A stretch of DNA of 64,000 bases from positions 1 through 64,000 of the IMG/VR virus record IMGVR_UViG_3300032236_001850; one strand, given 5' to 3'. Position 1 is the stretch's first letter. The number at the start of each line of letters is the position of its first letter. Below are positions 28,348-37,806 of the stretch, piece by piece. The position numbers and the translations under genes were made by a program. The notes under the pieces are model-generated. The model worked only from the letters and a program-made list of their open reading frames with translations. It made no database searches and was not told the DNA's origin.

Positions 28348-29025
28348 ATGGATTACGGAGCAGAATTTAGAAAGTACGCACAGAGCGAAAAGGGAATTAG
28401 TTCATTAACAATGGACTATCATGCAAAACACGTCGAAGCATCAATGACTCCAATGATTCTCGAAGAAAGAGAATTAAGGGTAACACAGATGACAGTTTTT
28501 GACAGATTAATGATGGACAGAATCCTTTGGGTTGCTGGACCGGTTAACGATAGAATGTCAACAATAGTTCAAGCACAACTTATGTTCTTGGATTCTGTGG
28601 AAGTGAAGGACATCATCATGCACATTGATTCACCTGGTGGATCTGTTAAAAGTGGTTTAAGTATGGTTGATGTTATGGACTACATCAAATCTGATATCTC
28701 AACGATCAACACAGGTATGGCTGCTTCAATGGGATCAGTGCTTTTAGGTGCTGGTACAAAAGGTAAAAGATCATCGTTAAGATTTAGTAAAGTGATGCTT
28801 CACCAATCCAGCGGTGGTTTCAGAGGAAACATCCAAGATGCTGAAATTGACTGGAAAGAGTGGCAAGAGGTAAACTCTATCCTATTTGATTTGCTTGGTG
28901 ATTTCTGTGACAAAGATCCAGAACAAGTTAAGAAAGACTCACAAAGAGATTTCTGGATGAGTGCTCAGGAAGCAGTTGATTATGGAATCATTGACGAGAT
29001 CGTAAAAGGTAAAAGAGTAAGATAA
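28348..29025 (+). CDS. clpP: ATP-dependent Clp protease proteolytic subunit
   Basis: VFDRLMMDRI, QAQLMFL, IDSPGGSV, GMAASMGS, MLHQ. Confidence 0.95.
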   Translation: MDYGAEFRKYAQSEKGISSLTMDYHAKHVEASMTPMILEERELRVTQMTVFDRLMMDRILWVAGPVNDRMSTIVQAQLMFLDSVEVKDIIMHIDSPGGSVKSGLSMVDVMDYIKSDISTINTGMAASMGSVLLGAGTKGKRSSLRFSKVMLHQSSGGFRGNIQDAEIDWKEWQEVNSILFDLLGDFCDKDPEQVKKDSQRDFWMSAQEAVDYGIIDEIVKGKRVR

Positions 29026-29435
29026 TGGAAAGAAAGATACCAAGTAATTTGGGAGCACAAATCCTACACCCCCTAATTGGGTGGAGTGACGAGATGCACA
29101 CGGAGGAAAGGTATGTTGAGAAGATACAAGAATTTGAGAGAAAGGTTGAGAAGTCAATCATAGAGACATTCAAAAGAATTGATATTCATGGGATCGTTAA
29201 AACCGATCCCTATTCTCTTCCATACAAGAATGAGGTTAAAGTAACACTAAGAGGTGAAAGTTATCTTAATGGACCTTATGAGATCTTTAGAGTTGTTAGA
29301 CCCATTATAAAGCAATTACTAAATGAGAATCTTTATAAAATTAGATTCTATGTTTATATTGATGTTGATACTAAGGGAAGACATCCATTAAGCATGGGTG
29401 AGATTAATTATTATTTCAGATATTATGAGCACTAA
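29025..29435 (+). CDS. Hypothetical protein
   Basis: TAATG-coupled. Confidence 0.7.
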   Translation: MERKIPSNLGAQILHPLIGWSDEMHTEERYVEKIQEFERKVEKSIIETFKRIDIHGIVKTDPYSLPYKNEVKVTLRGESYLNGPYEIFRVVRPIIKQLLNENLYKIRFYVYIDVDTKGRHPLSMGEINYYFRYYEH

Positions 29436-29688
29436 GGAGGAAGCACTAGAAAAAAGACATCAGTTTATTTTGAACTCAGTGGAAACTTTTGGTCTTAATG
29501 TTGATTTTGATCAATGGAACGAGAAGGGATGGATCAGAATAGAAAGTAAGGTTTGTAAAGATTTTAGACCTTTGATAATCTTCCAGGATTTTACTGAGGA
29601 TGCTATTCTTGATGAATTAAGAAATTATATGTATTGTCTAGGTGAATACAGCTTTAAATTAAAGTTTAAAAATTTATTGGATTTATAA
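29425..29688 (+). CDS. Hypothetical protein
   Basis: Start reassigned to MSTKEE. Confidence 0.65.
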   Translation: MSTKEEALEKRHQFILNSVETFGLNVDFDQWNEKGWIRIESKVCKDFRPLIIFQDFTEDAILDELRNYMYCLGEYSFKLKFKNLLDL

Positions 29689-29879
29689 TGGCACGTCTTA
29701 CTATAAACGAGAAGGAGCAAGAGTCTCTTGATAAATGGAAAAAAGCAATATCTGAACTTTATGAAGATCCAGGTAATATCCATTTCACTGTCAATGTAAC
29801 AGGAATCGGAACCACGGTAATAGCACACAGTAGTAAGGTTCAAGTTACCAAGGATATAACTGATTACAGTTCTTGGTAG
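29688..29879 (+). CDS. Hypothetical protein
   Basis: TAATG-coupled. Confidence 0.65.
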   Translation: MARLTINEKEQESLDKWKKAISELYEDPGNIHFTVNVTGIGTTVIAHSSKVQVTKDITDYSSW

Positions 29880-29887
29880 GATATATA
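29880..29887 (+). promoter_or_regulatory. GATATATA putative late promoter
   Basis: 4 nt before the ATG at 29892. Confidence 0.65.
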
Positions 29888-29891
29888 GTGG

Positions 29892-30623
29892 ATGCTTAAA
29901 CACATAAAGGAATATGAGGAATACGATCCCTCACTGGAAAAACTAAACGAGGGTCTGGGAGATCTTTGGGAGAGATTTAAAAAAGCTGTTAGTGACTTTT
30001 TCAGCAGAAAGAAAACTGTTGTGGTGAAGAAGCCGGGAGCTAAAGTTATGGATCCAAGTCTTATAACGGGGGAACATATGATATATTTAACACATCAGCA
30101 AGGACCAACTGGACTTGCTAATATCTTAGATATACTTAGAGGCGATGCTAAAATTGAGGACAACTCAAGAAATAAGCTGCTTAATAATATGCCACAGTCA
30201 GATCCAAGATACCAAAAAGTTCAGACAGGCAAAAGCAAACAAGCAGTCAAGGCATTTTTAGAATATCAAAAATCCACTTGGGATGAATATAAAAAAGAGG
30301 CTTTAACCAAAATTAATGATCCTCAGAATGCCAAGGTTAAACAAGCCATAGAGAAGGCTAAGGCTAAGATACCGGATTTCACTAAAGATTTTATAACAAC
30401 AGTGGCTTATAAGGAATCAAGATTTGATCCTAATCCAAAAACAAATAAGGCATATAGAGGTTTATTTCAGATAGGTGATAGTGCTTGGGCTGAACTTAAA
30501 AGAGTTTATCCAATGAAATATAAAGGTGCTAAAGCTCCTCTTGCACCAATCAAGAACACGGAAGCTGGGTGTGATTATTTAAAATTGGTTTATGATAGAT
30601 TTGAGAATCTAATTAAGCATTAA
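29892..30623 (+). CDS. Lytic transglycosylase (SLT)-like protein with capsid-targeting-like leader
   Basis: VAYKESRFDP...YRGLFQI; N-term MLKHIKEYEEY..KLNE/G. Confidence 0.7.
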   Translation: MLKHIKEYEEYDPSLEKLNEGLGDLWERFKKAVSDFFSRKKTVVVKKPGAKVMDPSLITGEHMIYLTHQQGPTGLANILDILRGDAKIEDNSRNKLLNNMPQSDPRYQKVQTGKSKQAVKAFLEYQKSTWDEYKKEALTKINDPQNAKVKQAIEKAKAKIPDFTKDFITTVAYKESRFDPNPKTNKAYRGLFQIGDSAWAELKRVYPMKYKGAKAPLAPIKNTEAGCDYLKLVYDRFENLIKH

Positions 30624-31239
30624 ACCTCTCACAGAATTTATAAAAGTTTCTAAAAGGTATACCATCAGTCCAGCTTTTTTCTGGATGAAACTGCAAACCA
30701 AAAACTCCAATATCTAGATTTTCGAATCCTGCTATTGGAGTTTCTTTTGTTTCTGCTATTAGTCTACACCCTCTAGGTAGTGAAGCTAACATATATGAAT
30801 GTGCCATGAAAACCATCTGGTCTTCCGTTATATCTAGGCCTTCAAATAGGATGCTAGGGTAGAGGTGTGCAATAACCTCGGAATATTCACCAATACTGTC
30901 GTTGCAATTAATTATCTCCGAACCAAGATAGGAACCAAGTTCCTCATTACCATAACAAAGTCCAAGTTTAGGTAATTTTGATTCGAATATTTTGGAGGAT
31001 GTTCTTATTGACGTGTCTCTAGATCCTGAAATTATAATACCAAAACATTCTGATAATTTGGAATCTAATAATTCATCCAAATTTGGATCATCGTATGCTA
31101 CTGCGACAAAAGGAATTCTGTTAGCTCTTAGTTGTATCTCAACGTCAAGGTGAGGTGCATTCATATGCATCACCAGAAGTTTATTATTTACCCAAGATTT
31201 GAAGGGCTTGACTCTATTTAAAGCTAAATTACTTTCCAT
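30613..31239 (-). CDS. Class I glutamine amidotransferase (GMP-synthase GAT-like)
   Basis: GIIISGS, LGLCYG, GLQFHPE (Cys-His-Glu triad). Confidence 0.85.
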   Translation of the reverse strand: MESNLALNRVKPFKSWVNNKLLVMHMNAPHLDVEIQLRANRIPFVAVAYDDPNLDELLDSKLSECFGIIISGSRDTSIRTSSKIFESKLPKLGLCYGNEELGSYLGSEIINCNDSIGEYSEVIAHLYPSILFEGLDITEDQMVFMAHSYMLASLPRGCRLIAETKETPIAGFENLDIGVFGLQFHPEKSWTDGIPFRNFYKFCERFNA

Positions 31240-31256
31240 CCGTTTTATTTTTGGCT

Positions 31257-32756
31257 CTATTTGGCCCTTTTGTTAAATTCTCCCATCATTTCCTCTCTGT
31301 CTGCTATAAGCTCTCTCATTCTTGTCAAACTCTGAATAAAACTAGGATCAAGTCCATTGGTATCTTCATAATCATCAATAAGTGATTCCATGCTTTCCCA
31401 TCCTCCTATAGAGGTCTCTTTGATTTCATCAATTTCAGATTTTGTGTAATCCTTACCTATAATTGCATCAAATACTCTCCATCCTGCAATTGTATAAATC
31501 CCTTGACCTATAAACCAATCCATAAAATCTGATTTTGGTATTTTCTTATTGTTGTAGATTATCTCTGAAACCGTTCCAGCAATCTTATTCCAGATACCCT
31601 CCGGCATTTCACCTGCAAGATCACCTTTACTTGCACCTAATAATGCCTCAATTATTTGATCTTTGTTTTTACTTTTGTATAACTGTGAAAGTGACTTCTT
31701 TATTGCAAATTCTGAATCTAGTGAATCTACTATGGTGTCAACTAAGGATTTTGGATAACCCAATTTGGTAAAATGTTCCTCTGGTGAATTGCTTTTTTTA
31801 ATGTTTACATCGTTTATATCATGTGAATCTGTAACAGATCCAGCAAATGATACGGTGTTACCAGTTAGAAAAAGAGGATCTGCTGGATCTATTCCAAAAT
31901 TAAATATATTAATCTGTAGACCCTTGGAAGAATACCCTTCGAATGAACCCCTATTGATACACCAGTTTGCAACGGCGCATAATTTTTTCTGTGCGTCTTC
32001 GGTTCGGATTGTCATTACTAAATATTTATCGTCAGAGTAAATAATACCTGCTTCAGGCTCAAGACTTTCAAGTTCATCAATTTTCTTTTTCATCCCAAGA
32101 TTTGAAAACCCACCAATGTAATTTGATATGTATTGAATCACATCGTCAATTTTCCATCTCTCCATGGATTTTATTTTTTCAAAAAGACGATCTATAGCAG
32201 ATTTACCAAGTTCTTGTAATTGAACTGCCATGGTGATTACTTTTTTCTGTTTTTCTGTATCCAATGAACGATATTGATCTCTTAATCCCTTAGGTAGCGA
32301 ATTTACAAACCATTTAGATTCTTTTTCTCTCTCTATAGTTCTAATTTCGTCGGTCAACTGTTCAAATCCGCTTATTCCCTCTCCTCTTTCTTCATTAGCA
32401 AATTTTTCAATAGGTTTACTCAATTGTTGAACTATATACTTCTTAGTTGTTATCGTGTCAAGTAATTGCTTTAATGATCTTACCTCCTCAGTATCTGTGG
32501 AAAGAGCCACAGGTATACCCTGATCAAAGTGAAATTTCACAAAAGGTAAAACGTATCCAGGATGATTTTTCAAAAGATTCATTATTGCCTGGTAAGATCC
32601 ATTTTTCAATGCTTCTTCCTTTTCTTCGGGAGTTAGTTGATTAGTTTCTTTTTTGTGTATTTTTGCATATCTTTTTTGCATATAAGCCTTTGCAGCAGAT
32701 ATGTTCTCATTTAAACTCCAATCTACAAAGGATTCAAATATATAGGATTTTCTCAT
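31257..32756 (-). CDS. Hypothetical protein, paralog of 9061..10725, capsid-targeting-like leader
   Basis: MRKSYIFESFVDWSLNE/N; shared blocks. Confidence 0.85.
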   Translation of the reverse strand: MRKSYIFESFVDWSLNENISAAKAYMQKRYAKIHKKETNQLTPEEKEEALKNGSYQAIMNLLKNHPGYVLPFVKFHFDQGIPVALSTDTEEVRSLKQLLDTITTKKYIVQQLSKPIEKFANEERGEGISGFEQLTDEIRTIEREKESKWFVNSLPKGLRDQYRSLDTEKQKKVITMAVQLQELGKSAIDRLFEKIKSMERWKIDDVIQYISNYIGGFSNLGMKKKIDELESLEPEAGIIYSDDKYLVMTIRTEDAQKKLCAVANWCINRGSFEGYSSKGLQINIFNFGIDPADPLFLTGNTVSFAGSVTDSHDINDVNIKKSNSPEEHFTKLGYPKSLVDTIVDSLDSEFAIKKSLSQLYKSKNKDQIIEALLGASKGDLAGEMPEGIWNKIAGTVSEIIYNNKKIPKSDFMDWFIGQGIYTIAGWRVFDAIIGKDYTKSEIDEIKETSIGGWESMESLIDDYEDTNGLDPSFIQSLTRMRELIADREEMMGEFNKRAK

Positions 32757-32762
32757 AATTTT

Positions 32763-33332
32763 TTATTTCTTTTTCTTAGCTGCTTTTGCTTTTTTAGCTT
32801 GTTTATAAAGAGCTCCATCGCTAACTTCGGTTGTTCTACCTCCAACTATGAAGGAATTAACTCTAGCAAATCCCCACTGTTCAGGATTTGTTCCAGGCAC
32901 GTGTCCTTTTTTCCATGCTGCATAACCCCGATCGAAAATTTTTCTTAATATACCAAGAGGAAATCCAGATTTTTTAGCTTTATTTTTTAAAGCAACAGAA
33001 ACTTTAGAATCCTCAAATAGAGACTCTTCGTTGTTAAGTTCTTCAAACACTTCGAAAGCTGCCCACTCGATTTCGGAATTAAATTTCTCAATCGGCACTA
33101 TATTTCTAGCTGTATCAAAATCCTCACTCTCCCCGTACATCTCCTTGAATTTCTTGGTGTACTTACTTGGCTTTGTTGGTACTTTTTTACCCTTACCTGC
33201 TTTACCACTTTTGTAGTCTGCATCCCAAGGACCGTATGCTGAATCATCATTATCAGCTTTGTTTCCATGTTTTTTGATTTCTCTTTTCATTATGTCCGGA
33301 TTTGTTGTTAGGTATTTCTTTGGGTATTTCAT
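32763..33332 (-). CDS. Basic hypothetical viral protein
   Basis: C-term LKNKAKKSG..LRKIFDRG.AAW..GH.PG...QWGFARVNSF, recalled as a conserved viral domain of unknown function. Confidence 0.7.
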   Translation of the reverse strand: MKYPKKYLTTNPDIMKREIKKHGNKADNDDSAYGPWDADYKSGKAGKGKKVPTKPSKYTKKFKEMYGESEDFDTARNIVPIEKFNSEIEWAAFEVFEELNNEESLFEDSKVSVALKNKAKKSGFPLGILRKIFDRGYAAWKKGHVPGTNPEQWGFARVNSFIVGGRTTEVSDGALYKQAKKAKAAKKKK

Positions 33333-33338
33333 ATGAAT

Positions 33339-34205
33339 TTATGCTTTGATTATTTTATGATATTGGCCGTAGTTATTTATTGCCCATCTAACAACTATAT
33401 TTAGATCAGGATTGCCGAATAATATTTTTCCATTTTTCCCGCATATTATATATCTAAATGGATCATTTTTAAATTCTATGAGTATTATATCTTTAGCATC
33501 CCTCCCATTAAAAATCACTTGGTGCTCCTTATCCTTTTCGTGCCAAACTCTAATTCCAGAAGCTCTAAACAGTACTGCATAATTTCCATATCTATGTTGG
33601 TATCCGTATGCTGTAGGATATAAATAATGCTTGGGAAAGTCATCAATAGTAAATCCAAAATTATAGCCTCCCTCCACTTTATCAGAAGCTGGCAAGCCTC
33701 TTGTACATGCCAAGTCATCTATATTTTTAGCTCCGAGTTTGAATCCGGATTTGCTAATTTCTTTAGCGGCATTACTAAAATGTATGAGCCATTGATTTTT
33801 AAGTATTTCTGGTGATTTAAACCACCTCCAGGAGGGATATTTGTTTGGCCTTATGGGTAGAGTTTCTTTCTCTATTTTATCATATAGGTATTCTGCAAAT
33901 TTATCGTAGGTTTTCTTATCGTTTTTTTCTAACCAAGATATTATTTTATTTTCTCCGGCCTCCCTTGGACCTTCAAATTTATACCCAGTATCTAAAACAA
34001 AATCGTTAAAAAGGTGTGAATATTTATACGGGAGTGGATTCTTCTTCGAAGCCTTTGAAGATTTAAGATATTCGTTAAATTTTATTAATTCATTTGTTAA
34101 AAATTCATTTATTATTCGAGATCCAGTAAAACTCTTAAGAGTATCTGAACCCGTAAATTCTTTAAACAATTTAAGTGATTTCATGGTTGTTATATTTTTA
34201 TCCAA
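33339..34205 (-). CDS. Hypothetical protein with repeated targeting-like motifs
   Basis: MKSLKLFKEF..IINEF..LIKFNEYL; alternative start 34184. Confidence 0.75.
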   Translation of the reverse strand: MDKNITTMKSLKLFKEFTGSDTLKSFTGSRIINEFLTNELIKFNEYLKSSKASKKNPLPYKYSHLFNDFVLDTGYKFEGPREAGENKIISWLEKNDKKTYDKFAEYLYDKIEKETLPIRPNKYPSWRWFKSPEILKNQWLIHFSNAAKEISKSGFKLGAKNIDDLACTRGLPASDKVEGGYNFGFTIDDFPKHYLYPTAYGYQHRYGNYAVLFRASGIRVWHEKDKEHQVIFNGRDAKDIILIEFKNDPFRYIICGKNGKILFGNPDLNIVVRWAINNYGQYHKIIKA

Positions 34206-34918
34206 TCTCTGAATCTTATGATTGATTCATTTAGTGTTTCTTTAAAGTTGAATACCTTCATAAATTTAGCAAAATCAGCTTTGTAACCTCTCTGTGTTTC
34301 GTCATATTCATCTTTGGTGTATTGCCAATTGAATGAAAGTTGCTCTGGTGTTTTAAATCCGAAAAATTTAAGTACTTCTCTCTCGGTCTTAACAGCAACT
34401 TCTCCATTCCAATTATGGCCTATTGCAACCACACCACATTCTTTATCTTTTAGCAGATTGGATTCCCCAAGAGTTGTGTGTCTGTTTTCCAACCAGGTCA
34501 ATCTCTCAATTAATTGTGCGTAGATTGCATTCATCTTACCCCATCTGATAGAACCAAAGAATATAATTATATCAGCGTCATAGATGGCATTTGCAACTTT
34601 ATACATTTCGTCTGTTTTGTTGTTTATTGCTGCCCAGCATCTTATGAATTTCTCCGGATTATTGCTTTTTAACATTGCATCCTTAACTCCGCAATGATTA
34701 CCGTCCCTTGTTGAAACATTACCTTCACAAGGAAATATTTTAAGTTTACTAACATCTATAATTTCAGCATTCTTAAGCTTCTTTTTTAGCTCCGCTGCAA
34801 TCATCGATGACTTTGGCAATTCCTTCTCACCACTCCATCTATTGGATGTTGTCAGAAAAAGTATTTTCTTTTTCTTATCTTTCTTTATGTAGTTATAAAG
34901 TCTTTTCAATTTATCCAT
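34190..34918 (-). CDS. Flavodoxin-fold protein (NADPH-dependent FMN reductase / iron-sulfur flavoprotein-like)
   Basis: ILFLTTSNR..SS, IFPCEG..C..C Cys motif, DADIIIFFGSIRWG; ends TLNE/SIIRFRDWIKI. Confidence 0.8.
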   Translation of the reverse strand: MDKLKRLYNYIKKDKKKKILFLTTSNRWSGEKELPKSSMIAAELKKKLKNAEIIDVSKLKIFPCEGNVSTRDGNHCGVKDAMLKSNNPEKFIRCWAAINNKTDEMYKVANAIYDADIIIFFGSIRWGKMNAIYAQLIERLTWLENRHTTLGESNLLKDKECGVVAIGHNWNGEVAVKTEREVLKFFGFKTPEQLSFNWQYTKDEYDETQRGYKADFAKFMKVFNFKETLNESIIRFRDWIKI

Positions 34919-34922
34919 GGAT

Positions 34923-34930
34923 TATATATC
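34923..34930 (-). promoter_or_regulatory. GATATATA putative late promoter
   Basis: 4 nt upstream of the ATG at 34918. Confidence 0.65.
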
Positions 34931-34935
34931 CATAA

Positions 34936-34967
34936 TTTTTTTTATCCGCAAGAATGTTTTATATTTG
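34936..34967 (+). promoter_or_regulatory. Conserved 32-bp promoter (copy 4)
   Basis: TTTTTTTTATCCG-N11-TATATTTG. Confidence 0.85.
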
Positions 34968-34985
34968 CATTGTAAAAAATAAGAT

Positions 34986-35300
34986 ATGACTGTAAGTGAA
35001 TTTAGAAACGACCTGGCTGACCTATCAAAGGTCATTCATGAAAAGTGTGTTAAAGAATTCTACCTCATCTCTGGTAATTTCTACATGAGTAAACATCTAA
35101 TACCAGAGGAGCTAAGAGGTGAATTTGAACCATTCTATTCTGGAGGTGATTATGGAGAATGGACAGCTAACACTGCTGAATTCATACATCAATTTGCTAG
35201 AGACATGGAAGCAAATATGGTTCTGATGGATTTTGAAATAGATGAATTTTTAGAAACGTTAACCGCTGTCAGAAACTCTGAAGCAGAAGAAATGGATTAA
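34986..35300 (+). CDS. Hypothetical protein
   Basis: First ORF after the promoter. Confidence 0.75.
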   Translation: MTVSEFRNDLADLSKVIHEKCVKEFYLISGNFYMSKHLIPEELRGEFEPFYSGGDYGEWTANTAEFIHQFARDMEANMVLMDFEIDEFLETLTAVRNSEAEEMD

Positions 35301-35302
35301 TT

Positions 35303-36088
35303 ATGGGATTAGATATAACAGTTTATCGACCAATAAAGGTTACAGACAATGAAAATTTAGGGGACTATTATGTTCTTAGCGAAATGCCTGAGCTAGAGAA
35401 ATTTGCAGATCTTTCTTTTGAGAAGGAAAACTCTTATTATGACACAGATGGTGCTATAAAAATCATGGGAAGGGATCCTGAAGATTTTCTATGGACAGGT
35501 ACGAGTTACGGAGAGAAACCGGTTTTTAGTTACATTGACACCAAACACGAGCTTTACGAAGCTTCCAAATTTTTAGATAATTGTTGGAACGATGCTTATT
35601 TTGAAACTAAAGAGCAACTATTCGAATCTGAAGTTTTCAAAGAGTACAACAGAAGATTTGCTTCTGTCATGAAGAAATTTGGTTACCGTCCTAGATATAA
35701 ATATTTTGCTAGTGGAAGCATGAAAACATACTACACCCTCAATTATGCAAGATCCTTTGCTGACAAATGGGTTAATGTGAGTGTGATAGATCCACCAACA
35801 TATAAGGTGATAGAAAAATGTATAGGATTTGAAGAAGTTGGTTACCAGAGAAAGGGAGCTAATAAGAAATTCTACGAGGATGGCATGTGGGATTCACCAT
35901 GCGTCGTTGATTCGAAGACACTTAACGAACACTGGAAAAAATACTTCTCGTACCAAACCCCAGAAAGCAAGGGCGGATGGGGATCCGGTGTGGAATACAA
36001 TAAAGAAGACACTGAAATGCGTGAGGATTTCAAAAGGAATATTATTGATAAGTTCATCGAAGGTGAAACCTTTGTGATTTACCATTAG
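35303..36088 (+). CDS. Hypothetical protein
   Basis: Intact ORF. Confidence 0.8.
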   Translation: MGLDITVYRPIKVTDNENLGDYYVLSEMPELEKFADLSFEKENSYYDTDGAIKIMGRDPEDFLWTGTSYGEKPVFSYIDTKHELYEASKFLDNCWNDAYFETKEQLFESEVFKEYNRRFASVMKKFGYRPRYKYFASGSMKTYYTLNYARSFADKWVNVSVIDPPTYKVIEKCIGFEEVGYQRKGANKKFYEDGMWDSPCVVDSKTLNEHWKKYFSYQTPESKGGWGSGVEYNKEDTEMREDFKRNIIDKFIEGETFVIYH

Positions 36089-36110
36089 TATTAATTGTTT
36101 TTATTTTGCG

Positions 36111-36149
36111 AAAAATCCTCGGGAATATTTTTTATTCTCGAGGATTTTT
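36111..36149 (+). terminator. Long inverted repeat / terminator overlapping promoter copy 5
   Basis: 17-bp arms AAAAATCCTCGGGAATA / TATTCTCGAGGATTTTT (one G-U). Confidence 0.7.
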
Positions 36150-36159
36150 ATTATATTTG
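36128..36159 (+). promoter_or_regulatory. Conserved 32-bp promoter (copy 5)
   Basis: TTTTTTATTCTCG-N11-TATATTTG. Confidence 0.85.
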
Positions 36160-36179
36160 CATTATAAAATATAAAAAGC

Positions 36180-36545
36180 ATGAGTCTAAAGATAAACAAA
36201 GATCAAATAGCTAGTGTTACCCAGCACAACAACCTGAAATCTCATTACTATGACGAGTGGACTGAAGCAGGCAAGGATACATGGTTTTTCGGCTTATTAA
36301 CGATCAATGAGTGGCGTGCCGGTTATTATTCATCCTTTCTTGAAACATACTCGACTAAAGAACAATGGGAGAAGGATGGATATTACGAGCCAGTTCCTAA
36401 AGGTGGTCTTTATTACGATCCACACTTGATAATCACAATGTCAAGTGGTGAAAATATCAACAAATCGTTCAAAAGTGTCAATGATATGGAATGGTGGGTT
36501 GCTGATAACCTTAAAGGTGTTAATTTAATAAAAATAGTGGACTAA
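36180..36545 (+). CDS. Hypothetical protein
   Basis: Intact ORF. Confidence 0.75.
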   Translation: MSLKINKDQIASVTQHNNLKSHYYDEWTEAGKDTWFFGLLTINEWRAGYYSSFLETYSTKEQWEKDGYYEPVPKGGLYYDPHLIITMSSGENINKSFKSVNDMEWWVADNLKGVNLIKIVD

Positions 36546-36547
36546 CC

Positions 36548-36937
36548 ATGGAAGATCTATCAATTGGATATTTATTATCCGTAGAATTAATGAAATTCGG
36601 ATTCAATGAACCATGTTTTGCTTACTATGGCGAAATAAATGGTGGAGAGATTGAATTGTTTCATAAGAAACGTTTCGATACCGAACATGCTGGTGTTCTT
36701 GCTCCTACTATTCAACAGGTTGAAAAATGGCTTTTGGAAGTGCATGAGATATTGTTAATGCCAAATTTTGATGATAATACATGGACTTGCGATATTTTTG
36801 AGTTTGCAGTGCCAGATTTGGTTCATATTGAGACTGTAGGTCTAGAAGAGAAAGAATCATATAAGGAATCTCTTCGAGCTAGAAATGAAATTGTAATTAA
36901 GGCAATAAAAGAATCACTAAATAATATAAAGAAATGA
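36548..36937 (+). CDS. Paralog family GFxEPC/APxxQ, member 1
   Basis: LMKFGFNEPCF...APTIQQVEKWL. Confidence 0.8.
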   Translation: MEDLSIGYLLSVELMKFGFNEPCFAYYGEINGGEIELFHKKRFDTEHAGVLAPTIQQVEKWLLEVHEILLMPNFDDNTWTCDIFEFAVPDLVHIETVGLEEKESYKESLRARNEIVIKAIKESLNNIKK

Positions 36938-37059
36938 TTGAGTTAATAAAATTCTGCTTCAAGAATGAGAATTCCGGAGCTGCAACCATAATAGTTCTGG
37001 CTATAATGGTTTGGGGAATAGTTTCAATAATTAAAGCTATCAAAGGTACCGATGATTAG
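36934..37059 (+). CDS. 41-aa single-TM protein (not in ORF track)
   Basis: MIELIKFCFKNENSGAATIIVLAIMVWGIVSIIKAIKGTDD; fills the gap with ATGA overlap. Confidence 0.6.
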   Translation: MIELIKFCFKNENSGAATIIVLAIMVWGIVSIIKAIKGTDD

Positions 37060-37432
37060 AGACAGATCTGAAATGAGCAGGGATGAGATCATCGACATGG
37101 AACATTCTTTGGAGTGTGAAATGTATGGAAGAGAATACCCTGACACATTCAAGAAAAAATACCCAAAGATCTCAAATAAGCATACCGAGGAGATGGAACT
37201 AGCATATTGTGATCACTCAGTTAAAAATTTGAAGGTTGGAAATAGACTAATAACCTCATTCTATACACCGTATGGTATATCGGGAATAGATGGATGGTTT
37301 GCTAGACAGATTAAGGATGGCCCAGGTAGGTATACCAAGGAGGACATGATGAGAATGATTAGAAGAAATCCACACCTCTCAAATATTATAAAAACCAATT
37401 TATTGGATAATCTAGAATCGATGTGGAACTAA
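37052..37432 (+). CDS. Hypothetical protein
   Basis: Intact ORF. Confidence 0.7.
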   Translation: MIRDRSEMSRDEIIDMEHSLECEMYGREYPDTFKKKYPKISNKHTEEMELAYCDHSVKNLKVGNRLITSFYTPYGISGIDGWFARQIKDGPGRYTKEDMMRMIRRNPHLSNIIKTNLLDNLESMWN

Positions 37433-37806
37433 AAACATCAAAAATAGAAGAGAAGCCAACCTATTGCCATGCTTGGGTTTCTAAAGTGTCAGACAAGGTT
37501 ATGTGTAATAGCATTCCTTGCTGTGGCTACGCTCATCATGGTTTAAAGGACAGAGTAACAAATGGTTTTATGAAGTCATTAAATAAGGATATGATTCTTG
37601 AGGATGATCCACATAAACTGGAAAAGATTGGATCACATCCTTTGGTTGATGGAAAATTCATGTTTAATGATGGAACATTTCACGATCCAAATAAAACACC
37701 AGAGCAATATAAAAAAGACATCGAAGAGATCCACAGAAGAGTGGACGAGGAGATGAGAGAAAAATTTGGTGACTATATGAACGATTTAGACGAAGAAGAT
37801 GAGTAA
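37423..37806 (+). CDS. Hypothetical protein
   Basis: Intact ORF. Confidence 0.7.
   Translation: MELKTSKIEEKPTYCHAWVSKVSDKVMCNSIPCCGYAHHGLKDRVTNGFMKSLNKDMILEDDPHKLEKIGSHPLVDGKFMFNDGTFHDPNKTPEQYKKDIEEIHRRVDEEMREKFGDYMNDLDEEDE

Noticed and set aside
28348-29025. ClpP as a prohead maturation protease indicating a nearby capsid module
   Set aside because: Sequence looks like cellular ClpP, sits in an early gene train, and no portal, capsid or terminase genes are recognisable in the window
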